IMG/VR virus record: IMGVR_UViG_3300007764_000003
Span: 1-39,331 of that record
Direction: 5' to 3' (one strand)
Length of the DNA stretch: 39,331 nucleotides
DNA from: a virus
Lineage: Duplodnaviria > Caudoviricetes
Shown one piece after another: positions 8,793 to 18,508 of this stretch (position 1 is its first letter; every line of letters begins with the position of its first letter). Made by a program: the position numbers and the translations under genes. The notes under the pieces are model-generated. The model saw only the letters and a list, made by a program, of their open reading frames with translations, ran no database searches and was not told the origin of the DNA.

Positions 8793-10225
8793 CAGAACGT
8801 CGCCCCCGCCTCCTCGGCCACCCGCCGCTCTTCGTCGTCGGCCGCCTTCTTGGCCCCAAGATCCTTCTCCATCCGCCCAAAGCGCGACCCAAGAACCGCC
8901 CGGTAGCCCTTCTCCATGTCATCGGAGTTCTGGACCCCGGCCTGCACCTCCATTTCCGCCCTGGCCTTTTCAACCAGCTCCAGGCTGGAGCGCCGGGAGA
9001 TCTCAAGCGCTTTCTTGACGGCGGCCATCCGAACCTGGCCCGGCTGGCCTTGGAACAGCTTGCGAATCTGCTCCTCTGCCATCCCAAGGATGGACGTGAC
9101 GCCCATGGAGAACGAGATATCCTTGTCGGTCAGCTTGGCGCCGGGGTCGTTGGACTTCGCCATGCCGTAGATAACCGAGGCGAACACTGCGGGATTGTCA
9201 GGCGCTCGCTCCAGCTTCGCGATTGCATCGTCAGCCATCGAGTAAGCGCTCACGTACTCATCAGCCTTGGTGCCTCTCCATGCACGCTCTGCGTTTGACA
9301 CTCCAGCCTGATACTCGAGACGGTCCCCTTTGCCTCCGCCCTTACCTCCGCCGCCACCGCCACCCTTGACCGACAGGCTCTCCTGGGCCGCGGCCATCAT
9401 GCGGTCGAGTGCCTCGGCCTTCCTGCCCTCGCTGGCGTTGTAGTAGGGCTCCGCAGCGCTCGCGATGCCCTCAAAAACCTTGCGCTCCTTCCCCGTACGG
9501 GCGCCCTTCGCTCGGGCTCGGAACACCTGCTCCAACTCGGCGATGTCCCGCGCCCTGCCCGACTCCGCCGCCGGCACCGACAGCTCCGGCGGCCTTTCCT
9601 GGGACGGACCGGTATTTGGCCCCATGTCGGGCTCTAGCTGGCTCATGGCCTCATCGAGGACGCCCTGGGCCTTCTCCTTGACCTCGGGGCGCTTGTAGGT
9701 GCCCTGTAGCTGGGGGCTATGCATCGGGATGGGGCCAAGGGCCTGGTCGAGCACCCGCTCGGTGTCCGACGTCAGCTGGGGGGTGGGCTGTTGTGGGGCT
9801 TGCTGCGGGACCTGGGGGCGCACCGGCACTGGGCCGCCGGGCATGGGGGGCATCGGGGGGAGCCTGGTAGCCTCGCCGTACTCCTGCATTCGCCGATTCT
9901 GACGGTCCTTCTCAAGCTCGGTCCGCTTTTCGTACGCCTCGCCCTGGAACTTCGCCCGAGCCCTGGCTTCTTTGAGCATGTCCAGCAGATGCTTCTTCTG
10001 GTCGAGCGAGAGTCGACCCATTTTCTCGCCCATCTCGCGCTTGAGCTTATCGGCGTCGTAGGCTTCCTGGGCCTTCGCCTGCCGCATTGTCTCCTCCTGG
10101 GCCTGCTTCAGGAGGGCGATGCGCTGCTGGTCACGCTCTCCGGCCAGCCCTCGATGTAGGCCACCATACTGGGGCATGGGGGCCCCAGGGATGAACGGCA
10201 GCGGACTGGAGAAGCGGAACGGCAT
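8792..10225 (-). CDS. Probable DNA ejection protein (477 aa)
   Basis: Start MPFRFSSP is TGATG-coupled; coiled-coil and Pro/Gln-rich. Confidence 0.6.
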   Translation of the reverse strand: MPFRFSSPLPFIPGAPMPQYGGLHRGLAGERDQQRIALLKQAQEETMRQAKAQEAYDADKLKREMGEKMGRLSLDQKKHLLDMLKEARARAKFQGEAYEKRTELEKDRQNRRMQEYGEATRLPPMPPMPGGPVPVRPQVPQQAPQQPTPQLTSDTERVLDQALGPIPMHSPQLQGTYKRPEVKEKAQGVLDEAMSQLEPDMGPNTGPSQERPPELSVPAAESGRARDIAELEQVFRARAKGARTGKERKVFEGIASAAEPYYNASEGRKAEALDRMMAAAQESLSVKGGGGGGGKGGGKGDRLEYQAGVSNAERAWRGTKADEYVSAYSMADDAIAKLERAPDNPAVFASVIYGMAKSNDPGAKLTDKDISFSMGVTSILGMAEEQIRKLFQGQPGQVRMAAVKKALEISRRSSLELVEKARAEMEVQAGVQNSDDMEKGYRAVLGSRFGRMEKDLGAKKAADDEERRVAEEAGATF

Positions 10226-11346
10226 CAGGCGCCTCCGAGCCCACCACCCCCAAACGAGCCAAGCAGCTCGAACAGGTTTCCCGACCCCTCGTCCTTCTGG
10301 GCCCCGCGGCGCAAATCTTCGCTGAGCTTCTGGCTCGGGATGCCGAGGTCCAGATTCTGGATGAGGTCGAACAGGGCCTGGTCTGAGGAAAGGCCCTCTT
10401 CCTGGAACCCCAGAGAGGGGCCGAAGGTCGCGTTGGGGATGCCCATCAGATTGCCGAACATCCCCCCAATGCGCCCCTCCCGCGCCTGCTGACCACCAAG
10501 CCCGGCCTCGGTCAACAAGCCCAGCCGAGCGCGCGTCGCAGCATCTAGGCCACCGGCCATGGTGCCCGCGGCCACGTTCCTGGCCAGCTCCTCCTCTGCC
10601 GCTGCCCCCGTGGTCTCCCCGCCCAGGGTCGCCCACAGGCGCTGAGCATCGGTCAGCATCCCGGCCATATTTCCCTCGGTCTGCGCCCCCAGGCGCATGG
10701 CCTCCGCCCTGTCAAGCCCGTACTGGGCCTCCTTGCTGGCCCTGTCGGCCTCCAGGTTGCTGATGAGGTCGGTGCCCTGGTTCAATGCGGCGCTCGAGCC
10801 GTACGCGCCCCGAGCAGCCGCCTGGGCGTTCACGTTCTCCAACCCACGCTCCGTGGCCCGATTGTAGAACGCCCCGAGGTTCGGGTCAGTGGCGAGGTCT
10901 GGGCGGTTCGCTCGATAGTCGTCCAGCGTCTGGTTGAGCGGATTGCTGCCCCCGGCCTGGGACATGAACTGGTCCTGGTACTGGGCATTGAAGTCCTGCA
11001 TGGGCCCTCCGGGCTCCATAAGTCGCTGCAGGATGTCGCCCTGGGCCATCTCGCCTTGTCCAGGGCCCATCAGGCCCATCATGGCAAACAGGGACGCGAT
11101 CTCCCCCATCCCGGGATTCTGGAGGTTGAAATCACCTTGTAAGGGCTGTGGCTGTGGGGTGGGGGTCGGCAGCCCAGACAGGGCAGCGTTGCCAGCCTGC
11201 TGTGCCGCGCTGACGACATTGCCAGCGGCACTAAACAAGTCGCCAAAGCCCGAGCTGCCGGAGTTGTTGCTGGTGGGCGCGTGTTGTGGGTGGCGGGCGC
11301 GAAATTGTTTGCTGGCGGGCGCGAAGTTGTTGCTGCCGAAGGTCAT
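10225..11346 (-). CDS. Probable DNA injection/pilot protein
   Basis: Gly/Gln/Ala-rich; 'NAQAAARGAYGSS' resembles podophage DNA-transfer proteins. Confidence 0.65.
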   Translation of the reverse strand: MTFGSNNFAPASKQFRARHPQHAPTSNNSGSSGFGDLFSAAGNVVSAAQQAGNAALSGLPTPTPQPQPLQGDFNLQNPGMGEIASLFAMMGLMGPGQGEMAQGDILQRLMEPGGPMQDFNAQYQDQFMSQAGGSNPLNQTLDDYRANRPDLATDPNLGAFYNRATERGLENVNAQAAARGAYGSSAALNQGTDLISNLEADRASKEAQYGLDRAEAMRLGAQTEGNMAGMLTDAQRLWATLGGETTGAAAEEELARNVAAGTMAGGLDAATRARLGLLTEAGLGGQQAREGRIGGMFGNLMGIPNATFGPSLGFQEEGLSSDQALFDLIQNLDLGIPSQKLSEDLRRGAQKDEGSGNLFELLGSFGGGGLGGA

Positions 11347-11350
11347 CTGT

Positions 11351-11806
11351 CTAATCCACCAGCTCGCCAAGGCCGAAAAGCCCGCCCGTCAGGAGCGGGT
11401 CGCCGCCGCCCATGATAGCCGTGCCAGCCAGGTTCCCGGGGCCGCTGTAGTCCGGCGGCTGAGCCTGTTGGGGCGTGATGCCCGCCAGCCCCTGGCCAAC
11501 AGGCTGCGTCGCCTGGTTGAAGTCAATCATCGCCTGGGGGCCATACATCGCCCCCAGGGCCGAGTTGGCCGGGCCGTACAATTGGAACAGCTGCTGCAGC
11601 GCCTGGGCGCGCTGCTGTGGCATGGCCTCCCGGTACATCTGCGCCGCCATACGATTGTTCTTCATCTGCTGGCGCATCTGCTCGTCCGCCGGGTTTGATA
11701 CCAGGCCGCCGAGGATGGGATCGTTGCTCACCTCGAACCCGAACGCCCGGGGGGCTGCCCCCATCTGGTCCAGCAGATTGCCTTCGCCACCGAGGAAGTC
11801 GAACAT
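11351..11806 (-). CDS. Small probable ejection protein
   Basis: G/Q/M-rich, 151 aa, directly after the nozzle gene; GGAG SD. Confidence 0.55.
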   Translation of the reverse strand: MFDFLGGEGNLLDQMGAAPRAFGFEVSNDPILGGLVSNPADEQMRQQMKNNRMAAQMYREAMPQQRAQALQQLFQLYGPANSALGAMYGPQAMIDFNQATQPVGQGLAGITPQQAQPPDYSGPGNLAGTAIMGGGDPLLTGGLFGLGELVD

Positions 11807-11807
11807 C

Positions 11808-13253
11808 CTACTCTCCTGTAACCGTGTAGGTTTCCCTTGCGCTCGCCAGCGCCAGCCGCTCCGAGCTGCTGAACGTGAATCGCCAGTTTCGCCGACGATA
11901 CACCCCCAGCGAGGACAAGGTTATCACGGGTCGTGCCTGCCCTGCCATCCCGAGCCAGAGGGGTCGCGGAGAACACCACACGCCCGGCTCATCGGCCCAC
12001 TGCACGAAAGCCACCGGCTCAGTGGTGGTCGAGCTCGTGGTGCCGCGCTCCAGCGCGAACTGGACGCGCTGGCACTCTTTGTTTTCGTCGGTCCCGTGGT
12101 CGATGAAGCCGGTCTCCACGCGGGCGACGATGTCTTCTCCGAGGTCGTCCGCGGCGTCGTGGGACAGCTGACCTACGATGCCGTCCGAGGTCGCCACATA
12201 TTGGGTGTCGGTCACCGGATCGTGGGCGAAGGCGGTGGCGTTGAAGGGGCCCAGGACCCCGCTGGTGGTCGACTGCCACTGTGACCAGCCGCCTCCGTTG
12301 GTCTGCACGGCCATCGTGCGGCCCTCGGTGGGAAACACCCACACCAGGCAGTCCGAGACGCCCACCTTGACCCGAGCCCCAATGCAGTCGCTGACCGTGC
12401 CCATGGCCTGCAAATCGGCCTCGATGGGGCCCGAGATGGGCTGCATGGCCCGACCATTGCCGAGGATGAGACGGCGCCGGTGGTCGAGCCAGGCGAAGTT
12501 GGTGTCCTGGCGGGTGACCGAGTAGGGGGCGATGCAGCCGAAGTCTCGGGTCACCACGCGGGCAAAGGCGAAGAAAGCGTCGGGGGTGAAGATCTCGAGG
12601 TTGGTCTGCCCCCATGCGAACAGCTCCGAGCCATTGTCGCCCAAGGCCACGATCGGGTCAGGGCGAGCCTCCGCGCTGGTGAAGCCGCTGCTCCCGGTGC
12701 CATTCCACTGCTCGTGTCCGGTGGTGACGGTGCTGCTCGCTGGAGAGGAGAAGTTGATCTTCGACTTGTCCACCTGCACGTCGTTGGCAAGGAGCCGCGA
12801 GGCCAGAAAGGAGACGTGGGACGCCTGGGGGGGCGAGCCGGCAAGGCGCGAGCTTATGCTCCCATCCAGAACCATCTTCTGCATGTCTGCGCCGCCAGCA
12901 ATGACCAGCAAGGCTTCGGTTTCAGCAAAGGTGGGTCGAAGAGTTCCGCGCAAGTCCCCCTGGTCCACGCCAGTCAAATCGACGGCCGCCCCCCCCGTGA
13001 TCGCATAGATCGACCGCGATGGCGCACTGCCGCCGACGGCAAACAATTTGCCAGCGCTGGTGACATACAGGCCGCTTACCCCGTTCCCGTCGATAGACGT
13101 GCTCGGCGCCGTCGCCACGTTCTGGATGCCGGGCCGGCGATGTACTGCCCCCCGCCCATCGACGACCACATTGAGGGCAAGCGGCGAGCCACCCGCAAGC
13201 GGCTCCCAGCCCGATGCCTGGTTGGGGCCGAATGGGATGGGCTCGGTAGGCAT
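11808..13253 (-). CDS. Tail nozzle / packaged-DNA stabilisation protein (P22 gp10-like)
   Basis: 481 aa, beta-propeller-like; 'AEARPDPIVAL', 'GCIAPYSV', 'FAWLD' and C-terminal 'LGVYRRRNWRF'. Confidence 0.8.
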   Translation of the reverse strand: MPTEPIPFGPNQASGWEPLAGGSPLALNVVVDGRGAVHRRPGIQNVATAPSTSIDGNGVSGLYVTSAGKLFAVGGSAPSRSIYAITGGAAVDLTGVDQGDLRGTLRPTFAETEALLVIAGGADMQKMVLDGSISSRLAGSPPQASHVSFLASRLLANDVQVDKSKINFSSPASSTVTTGHEQWNGTGSSGFTSAEARPDPIVALGDNGSELFAWGQTNLEIFTPDAFFAFARVVTRDFGCIAPYSVTRQDTNFAWLDHRRRLILGNGRAMQPISGPIEADLQAMGTVSDCIGARVKVGVSDCLVWVFPTEGRTMAVQTNGGGWSQWQSTTSGVLGPFNATAFAHDPVTDTQYVATSDGIVGQLSHDAADDLGEDIVARVETGFIDHGTDENKECQRVQFALERGTTSSTTTEPVAFVQWADEPGVWCSPRPLWLGMAGQARPVITLSSLGVYRRRNWRFTFSSSERLALASARETYTVTGE

Positions 13254-14866
13254 CAGATCGTGACGTCTCCGGAGTCTGACGCCAGTACCCAGCGCAGGTT
13301 GGAGCTCACTCCACAACTGACAAACTCGAACACTCGGGCGCTACCCGTCGCCATGCTGAACGTGGGCGCCTCAAACACCGCCGTGTCCCATGTAATAGTC
13401 CCAGTGTTGGCCGTCGCCTCCAGGCACACCACTAGCCTGGATCCTTCAGGCATAAACCCCGCCGTCAGCGTGGTCGCCGAAGTGCCGTTGATGATCCCCG
13501 AAATCACCTCGTATTCCTGCGACAGCAGGGTCTCGGTACCGCCATTGATGGTGCTGGAGTGGTGGTCCTTGCGTCCCTTTCGAGTGCCGGTGTTCGCCGC
13601 CCAGTCGCCTGTACTGTCGTCCGTTCCCGCGATGGTCGTGTAGTAGGCGGTTGCGCAATCTACGACGTTACCGTATTCGGCCACGAAGTTGCCGGACGAC
13701 CACCCAAGTTCCATGGCATACACCGTCTCCGTACCCCCTCCGGAGGCCGAGAAGTAGCACCCCGCAACAAGACCGTCGTCACTGATGCCCGCCGCCCCAG
13801 GCAGCGTCCCCGAGGTGATTGCAGACAGGTCGAAGTGGCACCCAATGATCTGCCCGTGTCGCACATACGCCAGCGGGACGTTACACGTGGCGGGAGCAAT
13901 GAAGTGACACCCCATGACGCCAATCCACGCGTTGTTGAGGATTGATAGGATGCAGGCATCGAGGGGTGGGGACTTGAACCAACAGTTACTAAGTACAGCG
14001 TGTCCATCCTCCCCCGTCGAGAACAGATCGTTGGTGAAGTTGGTCCCGTCCAGATAACACCAGTCCACCAACGCCTTGTAGTTGTCGCCTCCGGTGGTGA
14101 TGGCCTTGCCGCTGTTGCTCTGCGCAGAAGCAATGCGGAGCCCGGTGATCCTCTGAAAACCATAAGTCACAGACGCCGCGAGCGTAATCACGTCCGTGCC
14201 CGAGTCATCCATGGTGATGACGCTCGCTCCGGGCCCGGCGCCCATCAGGGAGACCGTCGCCGCGGGGGCAAGGCTGGACGTGATTCTGTAAGTGCCGGGG
14301 GGGAAGTACACCGCCCCACCGCCCGTTGCCGCCGCGGTGAGCGCCGCGGCAATGGCCGTCGTGTCGTCCGTTGATCCGTCGCCAGTGGCGCCGTATGCGG
14401 AATCTTGCACGTTGACGAAAACCCCGGACAGCCCCGCAATGGCCGATTGCACCGTTGTCGACGATCCACCCACCAGCACATTGAAATCCGTGGTGCCGAA
14501 CGACGTGAACAGCTTGTCTAGCGCGCCTCCAAGCGAGAGCGGGTTGCCCACGGCGCTGGTGGCGTCATCGTAAGCCGTGCCAGTGAACGACGTGCTACGG
14601 ACCTCTACGTTGTCGTCGTAGCTGCCCTCCACGAAGCTCGTAACCAGCACCCCGTCCGAATCGTAGACCTGCACGGTCACCAGCTGGCTGACGTACACTA
14701 CCGCCCGGCCATTGCTGTCAAGCGAGACGTCCGCGGTACTGGTCGACTCCAGCGCCTCAAACTCGGTGTAATAGCCAGAGCGCGAGCTGGTGCCGCGGGC
14801 ATAGATCTCCGCATGACCGCTCTCAGCGCCCGAAACACCCGCCGCCAACGCCGAAACGAGCTGCAT
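13253..14866 (-). CDS. Tailspike-like protein with pectate-lyase-3/beta-helix domain
   Basis: 'VNVQD..YGATGDGSTDDTTAI..A...GG.VYFPPGTYRI' motif; N-terminal 'LDSNGRA' resembles a head-binding region. Confidence 0.8.
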   Translation of the reverse strand: MQLVSALAAGVSGAESGHAEIYARGTSSRSGYYTEFEALESTSTADVSLDSNGRAVVYVSQLVTVQVYDSDGVLVTSFVEGSYDDNVEVRSTSFTGTAYDDATSAVGNPLSLGGALDKLFTSFGTTDFNVLVGGSSTTVQSAIAGLSGVFVNVQDSAYGATGDGSTDDTTAIAAALTAAATGGGAVYFPPGTYRITSSLAPAATVSLMGAGPGASVITMDDSGTDVITLAASVTYGFQRITGLRIASAQSNSGKAITTGGDNYKALVDWCYLDGTNFTNDLFSTGEDGHAVLSNCWFKSPPLDACILSILNNAWIGVMGCHFIAPATCNVPLAYVRHGQIIGCHFDLSAITSGTLPGAAGISDDGLVAGCYFSASGGGTETVYAMELGWSSGNFVAEYGNVVDCATAYYTTIAGTDDSTGDWAANTGTRKGRKDHHSSTINGGTETLLSQEYEVISGIINGTSATTLTAGFMPEGSRLVVCLEATANTGTITWDTAVFEAPTFSMATGSARVFEFVSCGVSSNLRWVLASDSGDVTI

Positions 14867-15673
14867 CTACCAAACCCCCGTGTGCTGACCGCTGACCGTG
14901 GCCGGGTTCACGTACCCGGTGGAACTGGCGTGGATGGTGTAGTCCGCCCCTCGCAAAAACGACAAGGAGCGAGCCCGCAGGTTTGTGATGGCCCCCGCGC
15001 TTGCCTTGAGCGCGTAGTCGCTGAACCCATACGAGCCGCCGTCAAACACCACGCCATCCATCCGAATTCCCGTCACCGCCGCGCTCAGCTCCAGGGCGAT
15101 GGTCGGAACATCCGTGTTGTCGGTCGCGTCCGATACGAAGGTGCAGTTGCGCAGGCTGCTGTCCGTGCCGCTGCCGTTGATCTGGCACAGCGCCGCGTCA
15201 CTGTTCTCGTCGCCCTCAAAGTACACGTCTTCCAGGTGCACTGCCTGGGCAGAGATTGCCACCGCGACCGCAGAGCACGCCTGGCTCTGCTTGGCAATCC
15301 AGATGTTGTAAACCTCGGCATACGCCGTGGAAAGCGTCAGCACCGCTCCAGCCGCCTGGTTGTTGGTCAGCACAACGGCGGGCTGGCCAGAACTTTGCCC
15401 CTCGCCGACGATGGCGATGGCCTTGTTGACCGTGACAGCGCTTGTGATGGTCTCGGTGTGCCCGTCCATCAGGACGACGATATCGCCAGCGCTGGCCGCC
15501 GAAACTCCGTTCGCCAACGTGTCCAGCGGCTTCTCCGCGGACAGTCCGCTGTAACCGCTGTCACCCGTCGCGGAGTTCACATAGTAGACCAGGCCGCCGA
15601 CGTGGAGCGGAGACGCGGTACCGACCTCGCTGCCGAGGCTATGACCCAGTCCGTTTGCCAGTAGAGCTACCAT
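14867..15673 (-). CDS. Beta-helix-type virion protein
   Basis: 'YYVNSATG...GLSAEKPLDTL...AGDIVVLMDGHTETI' opening typical of right-handed beta-helix proteins. Confidence 0.65.
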   Translation of the reverse strand: MVALLANGLGHSLGSEVGTASPLHVGGLVYYVNSATGDSGYSGLSAEKPLDTLANGVSAASAGDIVVLMDGHTETITSAVTVNKAIAIVGEGQSSGQPAVVLTNNQAAGAVLTLSTAYAEVYNIWIAKQSQACSAVAVAISAQAVHLEDVYFEGDENSDAALCQINGSGTDSSLRNCTFVSDATDNTDVPTIALELSAAVTGIRMDGVVFDGGSYGFSDYALKASAGAITNLRARSLSFLRGADYTIHASSTGYVNPATVSGQHTGVW

Positions 15674-16404
15674 CACCGCCTCAGAAAGTTGTGCCCGAGA
15701 TCAACATCGACCGTAACATCGTTTTGCGGCACCGCAGCGCCGCGAGCCTCTCTGCGCATGGTCGCCGCACTGCTGCGAAGGTCGCGCAGCTTGCCAGCCG
15801 ACCCGTTGCTCGCCAAGCACAGCTGTGCCGCTAGCTCGTGCATCAGGTACTCGTTGTAGAAGCCCTTGACGTCCAGCGTCTGCTCCCCGGAGTCGGTCTC
15901 TGCCATCTCGCGATGCACCACCAGACGCAAGGTCCCGGCCGCGTCAGGGATGGGATAGAGGAACAGCTCGATGGCATAGCCCGATCCGCCGCGGTGGGGA
16001 TACATGCTGTCCGGAGTTCCGGTGGTCGACTTGCTTTGCAGCGTCTGCCATTCCGGCATGGTGAGCTGGGTCACGACATCCTCTTCGTCTGGAGCGGTTG
16101 TGCTGGTCTCGTCAGGGTCGATGTAGCTCCCGTCACCCACCACGATGTAGATGCCCGCATCAAGCATGTAGCTCTGGGTGTTGGCCGTGAGGGTGACGTA
16201 CTCCCAGTCCAGAAGCCGCGCCGACGAGATGGCCCCCTCGCGCTTGAGGATGCTTCCTAGCTTGCGCCGGCCGAATGCCATCTTGCCATTGAGCTGGGGC
16301 TCGCTCTCCGAGGCATCCACGTCGACGATACCCGCGAGCTTCCAGGCGTCCAGGACGAACTGATTGACGGTGACCTGGGTCCCGCGATTGCTCGAGACCG
16401 TCAT
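15673..16404 (-). CDS. Head-tail adaptor (P22 gp4 / tail tubular A-like)
   Basis: 243 aa; 'QSKSTTGTP...LFLYPIPD...YLMHELAAQL' pattern and position. Confidence 0.7.
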   Translation of the reverse strand: MTVSSNRGTQVTVNQFVLDAWKLAGIVDVDASESEPQLNGKMAFGRRKLGSILKREGAISSARLLDWEYVTLTANTQSYMLDAGIYIVVGDGSYIDPDETSTTAPDEEDVVTQLTMPEWQTLQSKSTTGTPDSMYPHRGGSGYAIELFLYPIPDAAGTLRLVVHREMAETDSGEQTLDVKGFYNEYLMHELAAQLCLASNGSAGKLRDLRSSAATMRREARGAAVPQNDVTVDVDLGHNFLRR

Positions 16405-17465
16405 AGCGACAGCTCCGAGTGGTTGCGGGCGAAGTAGGTGCGCATGTCGGCAATCTCCGAGGCGGACGGCTCGATGCCGACCACGACCTCGCGAATGACG
16501 CCGTCCCAGGTGTTGTGCGAGCCACCCTCGCTAAACGTCGCCGCCCCGCCGATAGAAGCGTGGTCCACCGCGCCGAGGAGCGAGTCGCCGTCCGTGATGG
16601 CGGTCTTCGTCTCCACGCCGTCGAGCTCAAGCACCAGCCCATCGCCCTCAAGCCGCAACCCGATGAGGTGCAGGCCCGCGTCATCCGGATAGGTCACCGA
16701 CACCGTCATGGCGCCGGCCGTCGTGAAGATTGCATACCCCGTCAACATAGGCGTGGTGTCTCGGTTGGTCACCTGCAGCGCGAAGTGAACGACCGAGGAC
16801 AGCAACCACGTGAACCCCACCGCCACCGACGGGGGCGAGGAGTTTGTCAGCGAAAACAAGCCCGTGGTCGTGGCCGAGTGGTCATCGCTCGCGTAGGTGT
16901 CGAGCGAGGCCACGACCCATGCCGCCGGCAGCGAGCCCGCCGCAGCAAACTGCCCCCGCGGCGTGTTCAGCGACTGATGGTCAAAGTGCGGGTAGCCACT
17001 ATCCCAGGCGGGCAAAGCCACGTCCGGGTCAATGTCCGCCCCGTTCGGGGAGGTGTCGGTCCTGACGCCACTGGCGTCCCCAAAACTGTCAGCCCATTTG
17101 TGGCTCGGCAAGGCGTTGGGCCAGAAGGCATTGCCGGCGCTCAGGTACACCCCCTGCTGGTAGGTCCAGTGCGCAACGGGCTCCACCAGGATGCCCTTGG
17201 GGGTCGTGAGGTAGTCGCGGTTGCTGTCCCGCTTGCGGCCCTCTTTGATGCGCCAAGAACGGGATCCCGCCCTTGCCGCGATGGAGGCGTTGGCCTTGGC
17301 GATGGTGACCCTGTCGCGCTCGCCCTGGTCATCAGGGCAGCGTAGCTGGCCCGTGCCGTCCTTCCTCAGATCCGACCGCAGCCACGTTGCCCCGCAGATG
17401 TCGCACACGGCCTCGAAGTCGCCGGGGACGTGGGGCTGTCGGATATGGCGGCCAATGGTCTTCAT
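16401..17465 (-). CDS. Zn-ribbon protein fused to a ConA/LamG-like domain
   Basis: N-terminal 'AVCDICG...LRKD..GQLRCPDD'; C-terminal beta-sandwich-like 'SIGG...WDGVIREVVV'. Confidence 0.55.
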   Translation of the reverse strand: MKTIGRHIRQPHVPGDFEAVCDICGATWLRSDLRKDGTGQLRCPDDQGERDRVTIAKANASIAARAGSRSWRIKEGRKRDSNRDYLTTPKGILVEPVAHWTYQQGVYLSAGNAFWPNALPSHKWADSFGDASGVRTDTSPNGADIDPDVALPAWDSGYPHFDHQSLNTPRGQFAAAGSLPAAWVVASLDTYASDDHSATTTGLFSLTNSSPPSVAVGFTWLLSSVVHFALQVTNRDTTPMLTGYAIFTTAGAMTVSVTYPDDAGLHLIGLRLEGDGLVLELDGVETKTAITDGDSLLGAVDHASIGGAATFSEGGSHNTWDGVIREVVVGIEPSASEIADMRTYFARNHSELSL

Positions 17466-17480
17466 AGGTGCGAGGCCCCC

Positions 17481-17525
17481 AAGGACAAGGAGGCCCCGCG
17501 GGAGCAGGATGGCCAGGGGCCTCCC
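17481..17525 (-). terminator. Possible intrinsic terminator after the head genes
   Basis: GGAGGCCCC (17489-17497) and GGGGCCTCC (17516-17524) form an inverted repeat; on the minus strand it is followed by TTGTCCTT. The loop is large and the U-tract weak. Confidence 0.4.
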
Positions 17526-17545
17526 TACATGTCATGCGGCAGCCG

Positions 17546-18499
17546 CTAGGCGCTCGCCGTTCCGAGCACCAAACCTCGCTCGCCCACCGTGTTGGCCAGC
17601 GTGTTCTGGTTGCCCATCGTGATGTTGCCCACGGTGTCCATGGCCACCGAAGCGTTGTCGAGCACCGCCAGATGGTTGTGGTCCATGAACCCGGTAGTGG
17701 ATGCCAAGAGAGTAAGCGCTTCCTCGCTCGACGCCAAGTTGTTGGCGAGGTAGTTGCCCCAGATGAGCATGTTGGTGCTCGCCGTTCCGAGCACCCGCAC
17801 GATGCCAACATCCACCGCCGAGGTTGCCCCCGAGATGTAGTTGCCGACGATGCTCACGCTGTCGCCACCGACCACCTGCAGGAACGTGGTGCACTCGGCC
17901 GCGGTGGCGCCGATGCAGCGGTTGTAGGAGAACTCGAATCGGTTGGCCGCTGTGGTGGTCGTCACGCCGATGGTCACGAGGTCGTTAGCATCGTCGCCGA
18001 AGTTGATGAGGCAGTTGCGAATCGAACAGTTGGCCGCGCTCACCGTGATGGGCGCCGCCACAGTCACCCCGGAGTTACCGGAGCTGGCCATCTGCAGAAT
18101 GCAGTTCTCGATGGACACATCCGCCACGTCGAGCAGGAGGGTTGCGGTCGCTGCCGTCCAAGTGAACGTTGGGCGATTGCTCCCGTATCCAAGCCCGATG
18201 ATGCGCGTGCCGGCAACCAGGTTGCTCATCTGGTCGGCGCTGGAGATGTTCTCCGCATGCCCCGACATCACCACCACGATATCCGCCGCGCCCGAACGAC
18301 ACTTCCCCAGAGCCGCGTTCAGCGTGGTGTACGAATTGCGCGTGATATCCGGCGCGTCCTGGCTGGCATTGCGCCCCGAGTCCACGTAGGCCGCGACGTT
18401 GCCGCCAGTGGACAACAGCAGCCCCTGGGGGGTGCGGATGCCCGAGCCAACCGACGTCAGCCCGTGGGGGAAGGGGGGTCCGTAAGCGACTTGACGCAT
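17546..18499 (-). CDS. Beta-helix-type capsid-associated (decoration/fibre) protein
   Basis: Directly after the MCP; 'YTTLNAAL...DIVVVMSGHAENI' resembles the 14867-15673 product; AGGAGG SD. Confidence 0.65.
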   Translation of the reverse strand: MRQVAYGPPFPHGLTSVGSGIRTPQGLLLSTGGNVAAYVDSGRNASQDAPDITRNSYTTLNAALGKCRSGAADIVVVMSGHAENISSADQMSNLVAGTRIIGLGYGSNRPTFTWTAATATLLLDVADVSIENCILQMASSGNSGVTVAAPITVSAANCSIRNCLINFGDDANDLVTIGVTTTTAANRFEFSYNRCIGATAAECTTFLQVVGGDSVSIVGNYISGATSAVDVGIVRVLGTASTNMLIWGNYLANNLASSEEALTLLASTTGFMDHNHLAVLDNASVAMDTVGNITMGNQNTLANTVGERGLVLGTASA

Positions 18500-18508
18500 G
18501 ATGCCCTC

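Noticed and set aside
8792-10636. 614-aa version of the ejection protein and similar 5' extensions (4551-5312, 26763-27650, 33118-34152)
   Set aside because: The extensions overlap upstream genes and have shadow-like composition. Internal starts with stop/start coupling fit better.
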